A DNA stretch of 64,000 nucleotides from Balanoglossus misakiensis (Eukaryota; Animalia; Hemichordata), in the NCBI GenBank assembly GCA_040954595.2, contig CM082581.2, positions 7,122,699 to 7,186,698 of the forward strand, given 5' to 3'. This document shows positions 25,694 through 38,200 of the stretch, in pieces. The translations under genes were made by a program, and so were the position numbers. The notes below the pieces were generated by a model. The model was not told the DNA's origin and did not search any database. It saw nothing but the letters and a program-made list of their open reading frames with translations. Position 1 is the first letter of the stretch. Each line of letters begins with the position of its first letter.

Positions 25694-27495
25694 GCCGGTA
25701 GTTCTAAAGAAGATCTTGACTCCGCGGTTGTCAGAGAGGGAGTCGCGCTGAATGAAACAACTCCCAACGCGAATGACCTCTAGGTGAACTTTTTGTTCGC
25801 CGTCACGCAAGGCGTCAATGTATCTCTCTGTCAACGCCGACGGCACAAACTATCCGACAAACTGATGAAAAAAAACTGAGTCGAGATTTCATAGGATGCT
25901 ACAAATGTATGTCTGAAACTACTGCATATCTGTTGTTTGCATTCGCACTGTTTCGACGTCCATTCGTCTAATACTAGGTCCTTCCTCCCTCCCCCCTCCC
26001 TCCCTCGAAACCTTTTACGCAAGACTGATACCGTCGATTGTGTCAGCTGAATAGGATATTAAAACATTTCCGCGTCACACTCAGCAGGTGGCAGGTTAAA
26101 TTGGCCTAGATCTGGGACAATTTACTATAACTTAAGGTAGTACTGTACGCACGTGATTTAAATGTCAATCTCTGCCGGCGCAGAATCCGTTCAAAGACAA
26201 AGAACTTGCAGCTGATTTCTCGGAAATGACCACAATTTGGCATTTTCTTCCGATCGGAAGCCAGTCTACACAAAAAGAAAGCACGGTAATGGAATCGTGA
26301 TAATTGTGTCGTCATCGAATCTCAGAACCAAACAACAACGTTCAATCAATCACAGCAAATGATAGAAACCATCCTTTCCGAATGGGAGGAGTACAATGAT
26401 TTTTTTTCATAATTACTTGTTTGTTGCCTGTCATTGCATGTGGTAGAAGTTGTACTGACCCTTGTCGATGAAGTTTACTTGACCTAAATTTTCATGGGAT
26501 TCTGTCGAATATTATATGGTACTTTTTGAACAGTGACAGTATCCTTTATACATGTATGTATACAGTGTGCACATTTTCGTAGAGGCCTTGTGTTTGGTTC
26601 TGTCGACACAGGACATACATGTATATACAATGGAACTTAGGGAACAATGGTATTCGTCACGGTCTTGAGCTTGTTGCTTGTTCGGTCCAATAGCGTTCCC
26701 GTTCATGCAGGACAGCGTCATGGGTAATATAATCATCTCACGATAGAATCGCCACCCGCCTCAGGTAAACTGGCTAAACAGGAATGGGAACAATCAGGCA
26801 AAGAGTTATGTACACGTGACAGTGAGATGGTTTGCGCGCGCAATTCTGAGAATACGGGATATCTCTGTTTCATAGTATAAATCAACTAGATTGTCATAGC
26901 AACCACCCAAACAGTCGATCGATCCGCAGGCCAGCCAAACATTAATGACACACATCCCCACAGCAATTAACGATACTGAGTAATAGTTTCAAATAGTGAT
27001 AGTTACATCTTTAATACTGTTTTAAATGTCAAATTGACTTACTTAAACCATACAAGATGTACTTAAGTAAGTGGTGAAAGTGGAGAACGACAATGTTTTG
27101 TGCACGGCCGAGAACCGTGCGTTCAGATTTACCGTCATGAACATTTGTTAATCACTAGGAAATCACATAATTGAGTAAATACACTTTTTACGTCAGCACA
27201 TGTCGTAATATATCATGAGAGCTTGCCTTAGGGCATTGTCAACCGTATCGGTTTGCCGCTTATTTATGTATACCATTGACTGACAGACAGACGTAATATT
27301 TCTGCGAGGAAACGGTTCATTCTCGTTTTATAGTTCCCTAAAATGTGTTTTTCCCCGAAAATGCCCAAGATGAAACGATGAGTGCAGGTGAAATAAAAGT
27401 GTCCATAGATAGTCCGCTGTAAGGTCAACTGTTGTGAATCTTCCTGTTGCGTTGCAATAATGTCCCCTGGTTTTCTGTCATAAAAACGAGAATTG

Positions 27496-28665
27496 TTACG
27501 TTTCAGACTTTGGTGCCAATTGGATATTGGCGAGCCATTCTTGGCATCGTTTCATTGTGGAGTTCTCCTCGCCATCGCTGTCTGTTTTGGGCGCCAGCGG
27601 GGGTTGAATGGCTTCCCCCTCAGCCTCCAGGTCGATGACATCAACATGCTTCCCCACCGGGTTGGGTGCTGCGTCCTTGGGGCACAGGCACGGCGGCGAA
27701 CCGACCAGATCTCCCGCGGTTAATTTTGCAGTAATGAGCGTAGTCGGGTGATGACGGTTGTAGCTGCTGCTGCTGCCGGCGTCGGGATGGTGTTGTTGGT
27801 TGTCGGTGTGATGACGATACAGGTGGTGGCTGTGACGTTGATCGTGGTCGTGGTCGTGGTGACAGCTGGATCCCGCCGGTGTCTTTTCCCAGCTCGGATG
27901 TTCGTCAGCGATCGTCTCGAAGGCCTTCACATTCTCGACCGTCAGCTCGCTGATGGCCGGTCCGTGAGAGCGTGACGCGTTGTACGAGTCAACAACGCGG
28001 CGACTGGAGCCCGGACTTTGGCAAGGGGAATTTCGCGGGCTTGACGTTAGACTCCGCGGTATGGAATGCACGCTTCCGACGCCCAGTGTTAATGCATGTT
28101 CGAGATCTATCCTCGACAGGGCATTGTCCGGTCGAACTCTCCGCTGTGTCGCCGGCGAGGCCCGGCCTAGAGAGCTATTTTCAACGTTCGAGAAAAGCAT
28201 TTCCAGGGTAACGTTCGACTCCTGCCCCGACGTTCCCGGGCTGAGCAAACGCGGGCTCACACTCGCCCAACTCTCGTCCGAGGTGTCGCCGTCTCGGAGC
28301 ATGTGCTGCTGTTGTATGAGGCCATTCCGTTTCCGAAGCACCTTCCGTCGGAGGGACGGCGAAACAAACGAAGACAGCGGGTCTCCCTCGTTGTTGTGGT
28401 GATCGGACCTCGGTGCCTTTTCCCGCGAGGGAAACGCCGTACCCTCGCCGCTTTCCTCGGGTGCGTGATCGCCCTTCTGTCTGGTGGGGATGTGGAGCGG
28501 GGGTAACTCGAGCACGTGCCCGTCGTGTTTTGTCGGAGTCGCGATTCTCCGTTGTACGAAGGGCGAGTTCGGCAGGCTTCTCGCCCCCTCACTGTGAAAC
28601 CGTCTCCGGTTAACGTTAGAACCCTTTCCGTCACGCATCGTCAGGGATGGTGACAAGTCCACCAT
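27496..28665 (-). CDS. Gene D: 389-aa Ser/Pro/His-rich disordered protein ending KRCQEWLANI
   Basis: GCC-ATG-G Kozak start, with an in-frame TGA 3 nt upstream fixing the start. Acceptor tttttttatgtgtgTAGCAG| about 50 nt upstream. GC-rich ORF. Confidence 0.88.
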   Translation of the reverse strand: MVDLSPSLTMRDGKGSNVNRRRFHSEGARSLPNSPFVQRRIATPTKHDGHVLELPPLHIPTRQKGDHAPEESGEGTAFPSREKAPRSDHHNNEGDPLSSFVSPSLRRKVLRKRNGLIQQQHMLRDGDTSDESWASVSPRLLSPGTSGQESNVTLEMLFSNVENSSLGRASPATQRRVRPDNALSRIDLEHALTLGVGSVHSIPRSLTSSPRNSPCQSPGSSRRVVDSYNASRSHGPAISELTVENVKAFETIADEHPSWEKTPAGSSCHHDHDHDQRHSHHLYRHHTDNQQHHPDAGSSSSYNRHHPTTLITAKLTAGDLVGSPPCLCPKDAAPNPVGKHVDVIDLEAEGEAIQPPLAPKTDSDGEENSTMKRCQEWLANIQLAPKSET

Positions 28666-30846
28666 GGCTCACGACGTCTTCACGCCGACCAGTCCAAACG
28701 TCATATGATAACATCTGCTACACACATAAAAAAACACTCTGTCATTCACGGCAACTGCGTCAATCGGCGTTGGTCTCTGGCAATGTCTGGAGAGAAATAG
28801 ACGCAGACAATAATTTATGGTAACGTCAAGTCGTGAGGAGATTACTAAAGAACGCTCCCCTGGCTGTAAGAGCCTTCATTAGTGGACTGACCGAAAACCG
28901 CGTCAACTGGGAACACAAGTTTGCTAATCAAGTGACCACCTGTATTTTTGAAATAAATGTTAGGGGGTGATGTAAAACGTTTTAAGTCTGGTGAAAAACT
29001 TCAAATGTCCAAGTTTCCAGCTGACCCTCACCCCATCCCTAGAAACTCCAGCAACACTAGAATTACTGAGATCAAAACGTCTATTTCACTCGTGCACGTG
29101 CAGAGAACGTCACTTAGTATGCATTGTGACGTGGAAATTGTGGCACTAAATGATATACTATATACAGGGAAATCTTGCCTTATTCAGCTGTACTGGGTTT
29201 AATTTCCCCCGAGATCATTAATAGTGAATGTGAGCGTTTGCTATGAGAAAATAATCCAAAATTACCTGCGTAAACGTTTCTTTTGGTCACTTTAGAGCGA
29301 CCACCATGAAGCCAATCAATTGTGTATTATTGACCCATGTGACGCACACGCAGACGCGCCCGCGGACACGCGCTCGCTCATACGTCTCGCATAACCCAAG
29401 AGCTCGCTTCTTTGTCAAGGCAACGTTACGTTTTTCCTCACGTAGAACACTTGGGTTTAATCTTCACTGCCTTTCCCATATTATGTTACATCCGTGGCCG
29501 TTGCAGAGGTCTGTGCAATCATGAAATTCAATTACTAGTATAATAGAAATCATTGGCGAAAATCCGCTGGGTATGACGTAGGCAGTCTTTGCGCACTTTC
29601 ATAGAATGCATTGTCACAGAGTGATTGCATCATGTATATGAAAGAACAAAAGGTGCCCCTCGGGGACTTTGCGCGTATTAAAGATGTAATTTTTCATATC
29701 GCGCCAATTACGACCCGATCGCATTACCGCAAGACTGGCTTGGTCAGCGACAAAGGGTTTACCACCAGAGTAGCATCGATAACAAAAATAGCGCGTTTTT
29801 TTATTTACGTGCCAACAACATACACGTGAGACAGGTCAGGACAGGTAAAACGAGACGGGAACGTAAACACCAGCGCAAAGTCGAGTCTCAATTATTTGGC
29901 GAAGCTTTAGCATTGTCAAGTCGAGTGTGTCGGTTTGTTTAGCCCATATTGACAACCGAGAACAATAAACAAGAAAGTATGAAGCACGAATATATGTAGG
30001 TGTCGGCGCTACATGACGTATCCGCGTGTTTGTCCACGTTTGCGTCGAGTGGTCGTGATTTGGCACGGTTTCAATGGCGTGGTTTCTGTACGTCGAGTGG
30101 TTCGCCCGTCACAGACGTTGCAGCAGTCAGCGAATTTTACACGGGGGAAATACCGAACGAAGCCGTTAACCCCGTAGTGCGATTTACGATCGGTCGAGCG
30201 GGAGCGTTAATAGCCATGACAGTCGTCCGTCGTGCAATTTTGGACGTGAGCGCTTCTTTCTTTTGTCAGGTGGAGGCGTGCAAGTGATGACTGCGTTTCG
30301 TCTGAGATGCAGTGTCGCGTGTTTTATCAGTTTTATATCCCGCAGCACACAGTCGACGCCCATCACGCGCTCTTGAAAAATAACATGGTCTTTGAATCTA
30401 TTACCTGGTTACAAACGAGATGGGGTTACACAGTTGTATACGCGTAGATACGTGAACTTGAATGAGTAAATATCGCATACAAAGTCTTACAGAACATCTG
30501 CGCAGATAGCTGATTTCCCCATCATCCCCATCAACGTTTTCTCTGGCACAGAAGAATGTCCACTTTCTTAAAAATAACGCTCCGTCGGTACACGAGGCTT
30601 ATACTTGCGTGACAGCGCCGTTCGCCCACCCGACACATCAAAGACGTGTTGTCGTCAGCGTAATACTCAGTCGCGTGCTTTATCGACCTTGGCTCGGTGT
30701 ATATACAGCGTCGTCGCGCCTAACTGTTTACAAGCGGTCATTTTTATCCCGCGCGACATCTAACGGGCAGATAACCCCAAGTTCAACAGTGTTTGCCCTA
30801 TTGTATGTAAGTGGGAAGGTGACAGCTCAAAAGTAACACTACTCAC

Positions 30847-31470
30847 CTGTTGACAGAATTCGCAAAATCGCAAACCGGACCAGCGCAACGTATACACATT
30901 ACAATTACAACCCTTGGCCGCTTCCGCGCCTGCGCGTTGGGAAGAAATCACTTGCACAATATCCTCTGTGCATATGTGTGGTTTTTACTACGCTTTGACA
31001 GCCGGCCTATGGGCGCATGAGAGGACAATTAGCGTGAGGCCAGTTCGGTCATTCTACACGCCCACCGGGAACAGCTAACCCCGAATAAATCGTCTCCAAG
31101 GGAACAGGCACAGTTCTAACCAACACCAAAACAACTGAGAGCTACTCACGTTTTTTATACTCTGATTGGCCCGCTGAGTCGTCAAGTTCATATCCAGTTG
31201 AATCAAACTTTCCGATTTATCATTATTTTCCCACCACGCTCATAAAAGATTGAATCACTCGGATTATGAAAGGCGGACGACTGATTATCGCGCAAAACGG
31301 GGGTCGCGAATAACCCACGACAATGGGCGAAAGCGGTTTTGGGTCAGTGCCGGCCAGGCTATTGTTCGCCACGGATGATAACAGCACGTACTTTAACATC
31401 TCCTTTTGGCATTGTCTCCCCTATGCATTGTGTTCCATAGCATCGTTTAAGCGCACAACGTGACGTCACC
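30847..31470 (-). promoter_or_regulatory. Candidate promoter and non-coding first exon of gene D
   Basis: On the minus strand: CRE TGACGTCA 31461-31468, CCAAT 31169-31165, TATAAAA 31159-31153, X-box-like GTCTCCAAGGGAAC 31092-31105, and a strong donor CAG|GTGAGT (intron from 30846) that can join the acceptor at about 28715. Confidence 0.5.
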
Positions 31471-33450
31471 AAAACGGGGTAGGGAGCAACCACGCGTCTT
31501 GAATCGAAGACAACGTAGACGTTGTGTTGTTTACTAAAATCGCCGCATGGGACAGCATTAATCCGGCCGACGTGACGTTAACCGCGATGACATCCTTTTG
31601 ACCCACTGTTGGCCGGTATATTGATACGATTGAACAGAATCAACAAATCCCCAGTTGAAAATACAGCAATTTAAACAATCCTGTGGATTTAAACACGATT
31701 GCGGCCAAATGAAAAAAGCGGACATAAGCTAGCAGGGAAAAGTGTCCTTTGATAATTTACCGCTTTGTACATCTTGCCCCAGTTACATGTACGCACCAGG
31801 GCGATCAAACTCCAAGCGTAGGCATCTGTCTTTGTAAAATAGATACCCTGTTCGTGCGTTGGCATTTTAATTACATCCTGGCATGTACATGTCTGTATGG
31901 CTTCTAGGGATGCTTGACTCATACGTTATTCCCTGTGAACGGCTTGTTTTCCAGGGGACAGGTAATAAGCCTATTCGCGTCGCTGGGATGTACTTTAGCG
32001 ACACGGCCATGCACCCTACAAATATCCACCCATTTAAAATGCGCGAATACCAGTGAAATATTTCTGTCGTTGTTGACTCTTGACACTGCCAACGAACGAC
32101 GACGTTTTCGCCTCTTTTATAGTGCATGTACTTTTTTGGGTGCGTAGTAAAATACCTAAGACGGAGTTGTATTCCTTTGTCAATCGAAGCAATTACAGGT
32201 TTCGTACATTGTGCACGGTAACCAAGCAAGTGCCGAGTTGAATAGGCAGATGCGATTTGAAGGTATTTGTGAGCCTATAAAAATGTCGGTAATGGAGTTG
32301 ACCCTTATTGTGTTATGGAGTTCAAAGCGAGGCCAACTTCTCCAGGTCACAATCCGGAAATACTTCTCTGGCTTCGTATCCCCGGAGATGTGGCAGTGGG
32401 CAGTCGAGCTATTTTTGTGTTTGTCTTGTGCAGAAAATCGCATCACAAACTAACACGGGTTGGCTCAGGGTCCGATTCAGATTGGGAATTACTTGTAATT
32501 TTAGGATCCAATCATGCGGAAAGGCTACATGAATTCCATAGGTGTGTGCAAAACAACAGTACTGGCGGAGCTGTGGTTGGTGGCGCTCTGCATCGGCTCC
32601 ATGTTCAAAACCGTCGCTTGATTTACTTCAAAGCGCTGTTACTAGTGATCATACACATGCATACGGAGAAAGTTAAAGTGTTCACACACACAAACAAATA
32701 CCTCGGTGATTCAAGTTGATTGTGTTGTGAATTGTATTGCGTAAAATTGTGGCAACGCCCACATAGGAAGTACTATTAAATTGCCAAAAACAAAACAAAC
32801 TAAATTAAATGGTAAATTTGCAGCATCACTGTTGTAACATTGGCAGTAAACAACACAAATGGAAGGGCAATATACACATCGAAATAAATCTGTTGCGGTA
32901 TTTTTCAGAACACTGAACTGCGAATGATTTTCTTCAATTTTTTATACGTGGTGTGCGTTTTTCGCCAGTGAAGTGCGTTTTTCCTAACGGCGTCTGAATT
33001 CTGACCCTGCCAGTCCGAAACACTCATTCATGCGTCTGTGATAAGAATAGGTTCGGGTAAACCAGTAGGCCTTGCGAAGGTCTGCAACATTTCTCACTCC
33101 AATTAAGTAACAATTCAGTGTAAAGAATTACATAAAGACGTGATTAAAACAATAACATGGTGAAAGAGCCGGGGAATACAAATTAAGTTAATCTTTCCCC
33201 TCCGTAGTCATGTCATATGAAAGTTTGTAATGAAACAAAACGCACACATTAGTACTTTCAATTACATTAAAATTATGCTAAAATAAAGGGATATGACTGT
33301 CTTTGGAAACATAAATAGATAATCCTCTCAGCAATTTTTCGTTTATAGCAAATATTTAAGGTTGCTGCTTTGCAATATAACTTGAGACATTTTCACGTTC
33401 AACACAACACAATACAATGTTCTGGCATCGTCACAACGACGCCCTCTTTG

Positions 33451-34509
33451 TCAGAAAAGAATATCCTTTACTGTTGTCCTTGTGTCACTGGATGTATCAA
33501 TGTCCATGTTTTCTATTCCCTGAAACTGATCGACGCTCTCCAACCATTCGCTGACTTTGCATTTTGATTCGAGCATTTTCTTGTCGGAGTTCCTGTGGCG
33601 GCCATTTTCTGGTGCCTCGTCATGATCAGGGAGGCGGTTGACGTCAGTATTGTTGTCCCCTGACGGCATTTCTGTGTCAAAGGTAACACCGCCGCCCGGT
33701 CTGTCCCTGTTCGGACTGGCGGTAGTCGAGTTTGACGACCTGGCGTGTAGCCTCCATATCGTCCTTTGCTTCGAATTCGCACCGCTGTCCTGTTTGGAAG
33801 ACGGTTGAAGAAGGCCTGTGGAATTGTCCTGAGATGTGTGTGAGTCAAGTCTATTGCTGAGCGGGTCCACGAAGTAGGACTGTTCTTTGGCGTCTGCGAT
33901 GCCGTTCGGCGTCGTGTCCAGCAGGACCCTGCCCGACGCCACGCGCGCCGTTATGAGCTCCACGTCCTGGGGGACTTCAGTCGCTCGGTAGAAGAACCCC
34001 TCGTCGTGAGCCCGCTTGCAGAAATCACTGGCGCGCGCGGCGGCTTCTTCGAATTCCCGCCTCGCCCGCTGCTTGAGATAGTCGGACGCCCCGTCTGACG
34101 TGTGGGGCCTCTGCAGAGTCGGGAACGAGCTTTTCCTGCTGAAGGGCCTGTTTCCAAGAAGTTGATTCTTCTGACTCAAGATCTCCGGAGCGGAAGGCGA
34201 CCGGTAGGGTCTCCGAAATAGTCTGCTTTTGGCACTGGGTTCCATCAGCACGGGCAGCCCCTCCGAATTCAGTTTGATGGCGCCCACCGACTGGGGTCGC
34301 TCTTTCACCGGCTGGGCGGTTTCACCACTGGGCAGCGTGAAGGCCACGCTTTTGGCGTGAGCGCTTTTGGGCGCCACTCTGTGCTTCAACGGCGATGCGG
34401 GGTTCCATTCCTTGTCGGCCCGCGCCCCGAATCTCACCATGCCTGGCCTCACGATGTGCTGCATATCCGCTACTGTGTGCGGGCGAGGTGGAAGATGACT
34501 CATCTTCAT
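33451..34509 (-). CDS. Gene E: 352-aa disordered protein with RPx[ST] repeats and KVSEWLESV helix
   Basis: Long GC-rich ORF. Acceptor ttttttatctcttccag| 18 nt before the ATG (exon starts 34527). The frame is open back to the acceptor, so a short upstream coding part cannot be excluded. Confidence 0.86.
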   Translation of the reverse strand: MKMSHLPPRPHTVADMQHIVRPGMVRFGARADKEWNPASPLKHRVAPKSAHAKSVAFTLPSGETAQPVKERPQSVGAIKLNSEGLPVLMEPSAKSRLFRRPYRSPSAPEILSQKNQLLGNRPFSRKSSFPTLQRPHTSDGASDYLKQRARREFEEAAARASDFCKRAHDEGFFYRATEVPQDVELITARVASGRVLLDTTPNGIADAKEQSYFVDPLSNRLDSHTSQDNSTGLLQPSSKQDSGANSKQRTIWRLHARSSNSTTASPNRDRPGGGVTFDTEMPSGDNNTDVNRLPDHDEAPENGRHRNSDKKMLESKCKVSEWLESVDQFQGIENMDIDTSSDTRTTVKDILF

Positions 34510-35214
34510 TATTCCATCACCAGTGTTCTGGAAGAGATAAAAAACGTGCCGTTTTTAAGTAAAAGTGATCCAAACTTTCCTTGTTGCATACGGACACTAT
34601 GTGAGCGTCCAAAACATTTCAAACATTATTTTTTACCGTTTCTGTTATCCAGTAAGTTATAGTGATAGTAATCAAGTTCGAAAAAATACTGCCTTCAAAT
34701 CATTACTTTTCTGTACCAGAAGCCTAACTGCTAAAAATAACAGAATCACAGGAAAAAGACCCTGGTACCAATTTCCTTGTAAGGGGAATGTAGTCGTATT
34801 TGTTCTGCTATGAGTGCCAATCAGTTTCGTGTACCGTTCGCTATAGCGTGCTAAAATGGTCGATACTCAGCGTGTAAACATGAAGTATGCGTAAGTGCGT
34901 ACTTTAATTAAGTTTCAACAGTATCAGATGCTAACTGTATACATAATACCAAATACTAGCTATGGGACCATAGTGAAACAACTTCCAGTGTGTCCGCTTG
35001 GTGAAAAGTTTCACATTTTGATATGGTCTGGAGGGAAACATACAAGAAGGCTGTAATTCTTGTATTACGCGACAAAGAATGACAACATTGTACATGTTTT
35101 TCACTTCTGACACCGTGTCTGGTCCCGCCTGTGTACGTATACAACACGCCTAGAGACGGTTTCACCCATTTCGTGTGTCACTCACTCGAGGTTTGTTATG
35201 ATTTTGCTTACTGC

Positions 35215-35228
35215 GTAACTATGGCGAC
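35215..35228. promoter_or_regulatory. RFX X-box upstream of gene E
   Basis: GTAACTATGGCGAC next to minus-strand donor-like sites (GTAAGC about 35211, GTGAGT about 35185), about 0.7 kb 5' of the coding exon. Confidence 0.4.
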
Positions 35229-38200
35229 ACCGGTGATAGACATCCGGTTTGGTCACTGACCGCCCGCAACGCAACCAGTCTCATCATGTCCAGTAGTTGG
35301 TGTAAATATTATGTATGATTCATGTCGAAAAGGCATGGGTTTCGTATAGGTTAAAGTACACGAGTTGACTGTGGTAAACGGCGTGCCGCCCCATACGAAC
35401 AACAATTTTGACACAAATAAGATGGCGTGACTATTATATTTATATTATGCTGCTTCTGCAAATTTGTGTGCGGTTTTTTACAAAGTCACTGTGACAGGTT
35501 TGATAACTATGACCGCCGGTGACCACCGTGGCCGATACGCGAGGTCAAGGACCGCCCACCACTTACGGCGCTGTTTATAGAATATACATTAGTCTGTCAA
35601 TAGTCTTGACAGTCTCTTAGAACTTAAAGTGGGATTGTATGGTATCTTCACGTCCGCGAGGGTGTTCTAAACTGGCTTATCCGTTTTGACTCTTATAATA
35701 CAGAACTTTGAACAGTAGATCACAGGCCGTCCGCCGCGGTCCCAGCGCGACTTCATCTAGCAGTCTATAAAAATTAATCAAATGTAGTCCGTCGATAAGC
35801 TATTGTGTCACCGCGTGTACACTTGACAACAGGTGGGCTGTACAAACGCGGCCGTCGAACGAAGGACATGTGGTAGATGTCAACTCGGACATCACAAGCA
35901 AGCTGACTCTGGTTCGCTCCGTCGCAAAATCAGACGTGTTCGAGTGGGGGGGGGGGGGAGGGGGTAGTCAGAAACAGATAATGCCAATTTTGAAAATAAG
36001 ACAAAGTATTTCCCACCTGAGCGACATAGCCACTGATCCCAGTCAATAACGCGGTCTTTGTGCCGGCGCTTAAACTGTGTTACTGAGCAAAGGACCTTCA
36101 GACCCAGAGACTGTCATTGCTTGTTTTGTCCAAGTCAGTCTGACGTCACGCCATACTCCTGTTATTTTTATATGCTTCCGCAACAGGTGTGAGTCAAGAC
36201 AGAAATAAAGTACAGTTCGCATACTGCATATTATCTGGAACATTTTAATTTAGAACATATTTTTAAATCAAGTTTTCTGTGTTTTTTTTATAGCCATGAT
36301 GTGTTTGCAATAATAACCAGCCAAAGCCGAAAGAGTGTTATTTGGGCCAATTTCGGCGTGTAAAGTGTGACCCTACCTTAAAACAAGACATATGGAGTCC
36401 AGACACCAGCAATTTCCACATAAATCACAGGTAAGTTCCTCCTTGTATAATGCGCATTCGAAGCGATTAATTTGTAAAGAAAAAAATCATCCCAGGTGCT
36501 TACCCTTCCTGACAACCACAATACCGAAAATAACAGCAGCTCTATGTAAGTCTTATATATAATACCGACTGTGTGGTTGCCAGATTAAAAGGCCAGGCGG
36601 AAATTACTTCAGTGTAAAAAAGTCGGGTATCAATTCACAGCCACCAATGCGCTCACGCACGCGCACATGAGTCGTAGTGTTCGCTGAGGGAGATCCGGGT
36701 GAATTGCGTAATGTTAAGTTGTCCCTGCACAAATACTTGTGTCTGTCCAACATCTGTATTCAGTTCGCCATTTATTTGATTTGCCATATTGGTTTCTGTG
36801 ACAGCGAAAAGTATACAAACGCATGGAATTGTTCCATGTCCAGTCAGCAGCTTGCTGTATAAATGGATACCTTGTTGTCTGCACGATATAGTGTTTCATA
36901 CAGTATGAACGATGCCAGGCAATCGGGTGCGCTGCGCGACTATGGTCAGGGGACCTTCGCGCCGCACCGCCAAATTCTGTCTAATATCAAGAGTGCCATT
37001 TTTTTGAGCAGTAAAACAGGATCATTTTCGCTTTTCTTGTTTATTGATCGTCCTCATGAAACACCTTTTCAGCATCCGAGCGATATGGTGGCACCAATCG
37101 ATGTTACAAACAATTTAAGTCGTATTACGAACGGCAAATGAGCTTTTAAAAAACGATCGAGACAAGCCTTAGTCTCTTCAATAAATTCCTGACGTGAAGG
37201 ATTATATGGTCTTGTTTCGTACAGGCCAACAAAACCAAAAGTAACGTCTTCGATCTTTCGTCTTTATGGAGGTCGTATCTTCACGACCGTGGATGGCCAC
37301 GGTGTGCCCCGTTGCAACGTGACAGAATGTTGAGAATATCTCTCTGATGCGTCCAAAGCTTAAATTAATCAGAGCAGTGACTACCCGGTTACGCAAGCGG
37401 GACCCCGTTATTTGTTTGACGCAGGCAAACGCGTTTTAAGGAAGTCGTTTACACAGCGAAATATGGGAGATGGCTAAACTAACTTACCACAATGACAGTC
37501 GTATTTTCGATACATACGACCGCGAGATGGACGTCCTATGTCTGCGTGTGACAGTTCATTTGCGTCGTCAGGCAAATGGACTGTAATTTATATTCAGCGG
37601 GGTGTATCATTATCCGTGTTGTCGGAATTATGCTTGAAACAACAATAAATCACGGCTCCTACACGCAAACAAAGATCAATGAATGTAATAGGGCTTTCAG
37701 CGACAAATGAAATGACCGACATAATAACGAGTTATTTGAGGAAATATTTTGTCGGTTAGGCGTTCACTCAAACCCGCACAGAAAATTTGTTTCGGGTTTA
37801 TTTTGATTGGTACAGTTTCGTATTTTGCAAGACCCTTTAGAAAAGGCCGCCTCGATATAAGTATCGCCTTTTCAGTAATACACCCCTACAGAACAACCGA
37901 CGTGGTGTGTTGTTAAAAACGGGGGAAAGGGCCCGACCACGACGAGAGTCAAACACCGTTGTCCTACCTACCTTTATACTCAGATCCGGTAAACCTATTG
38001 GTTCAAGTACTGAGCACGCGTGCGGTTGTCGCATGGTTTCGCGTAGTATTGTCCCGCTGTATGTAGCTACAGCAAGTTGTTGTGTGCTTCAAGTTCTGCT
38101 CGGTGTCGATCCACTGAGACACCTGTTGTTCTCTTTCCTTAACCGAAGACCACCCGACCGGCACTTGTACTGCAGTCGTGGCTGTATCGTTTCAGAGTTC

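Noticed and set aside
30038-30106. Short direct repeat cgtcgagtggt spaced about 47 bp, superficially CRISPR-like
   Set aside because: Only two 11-bp copies, eukaryotic context, no cas genes.
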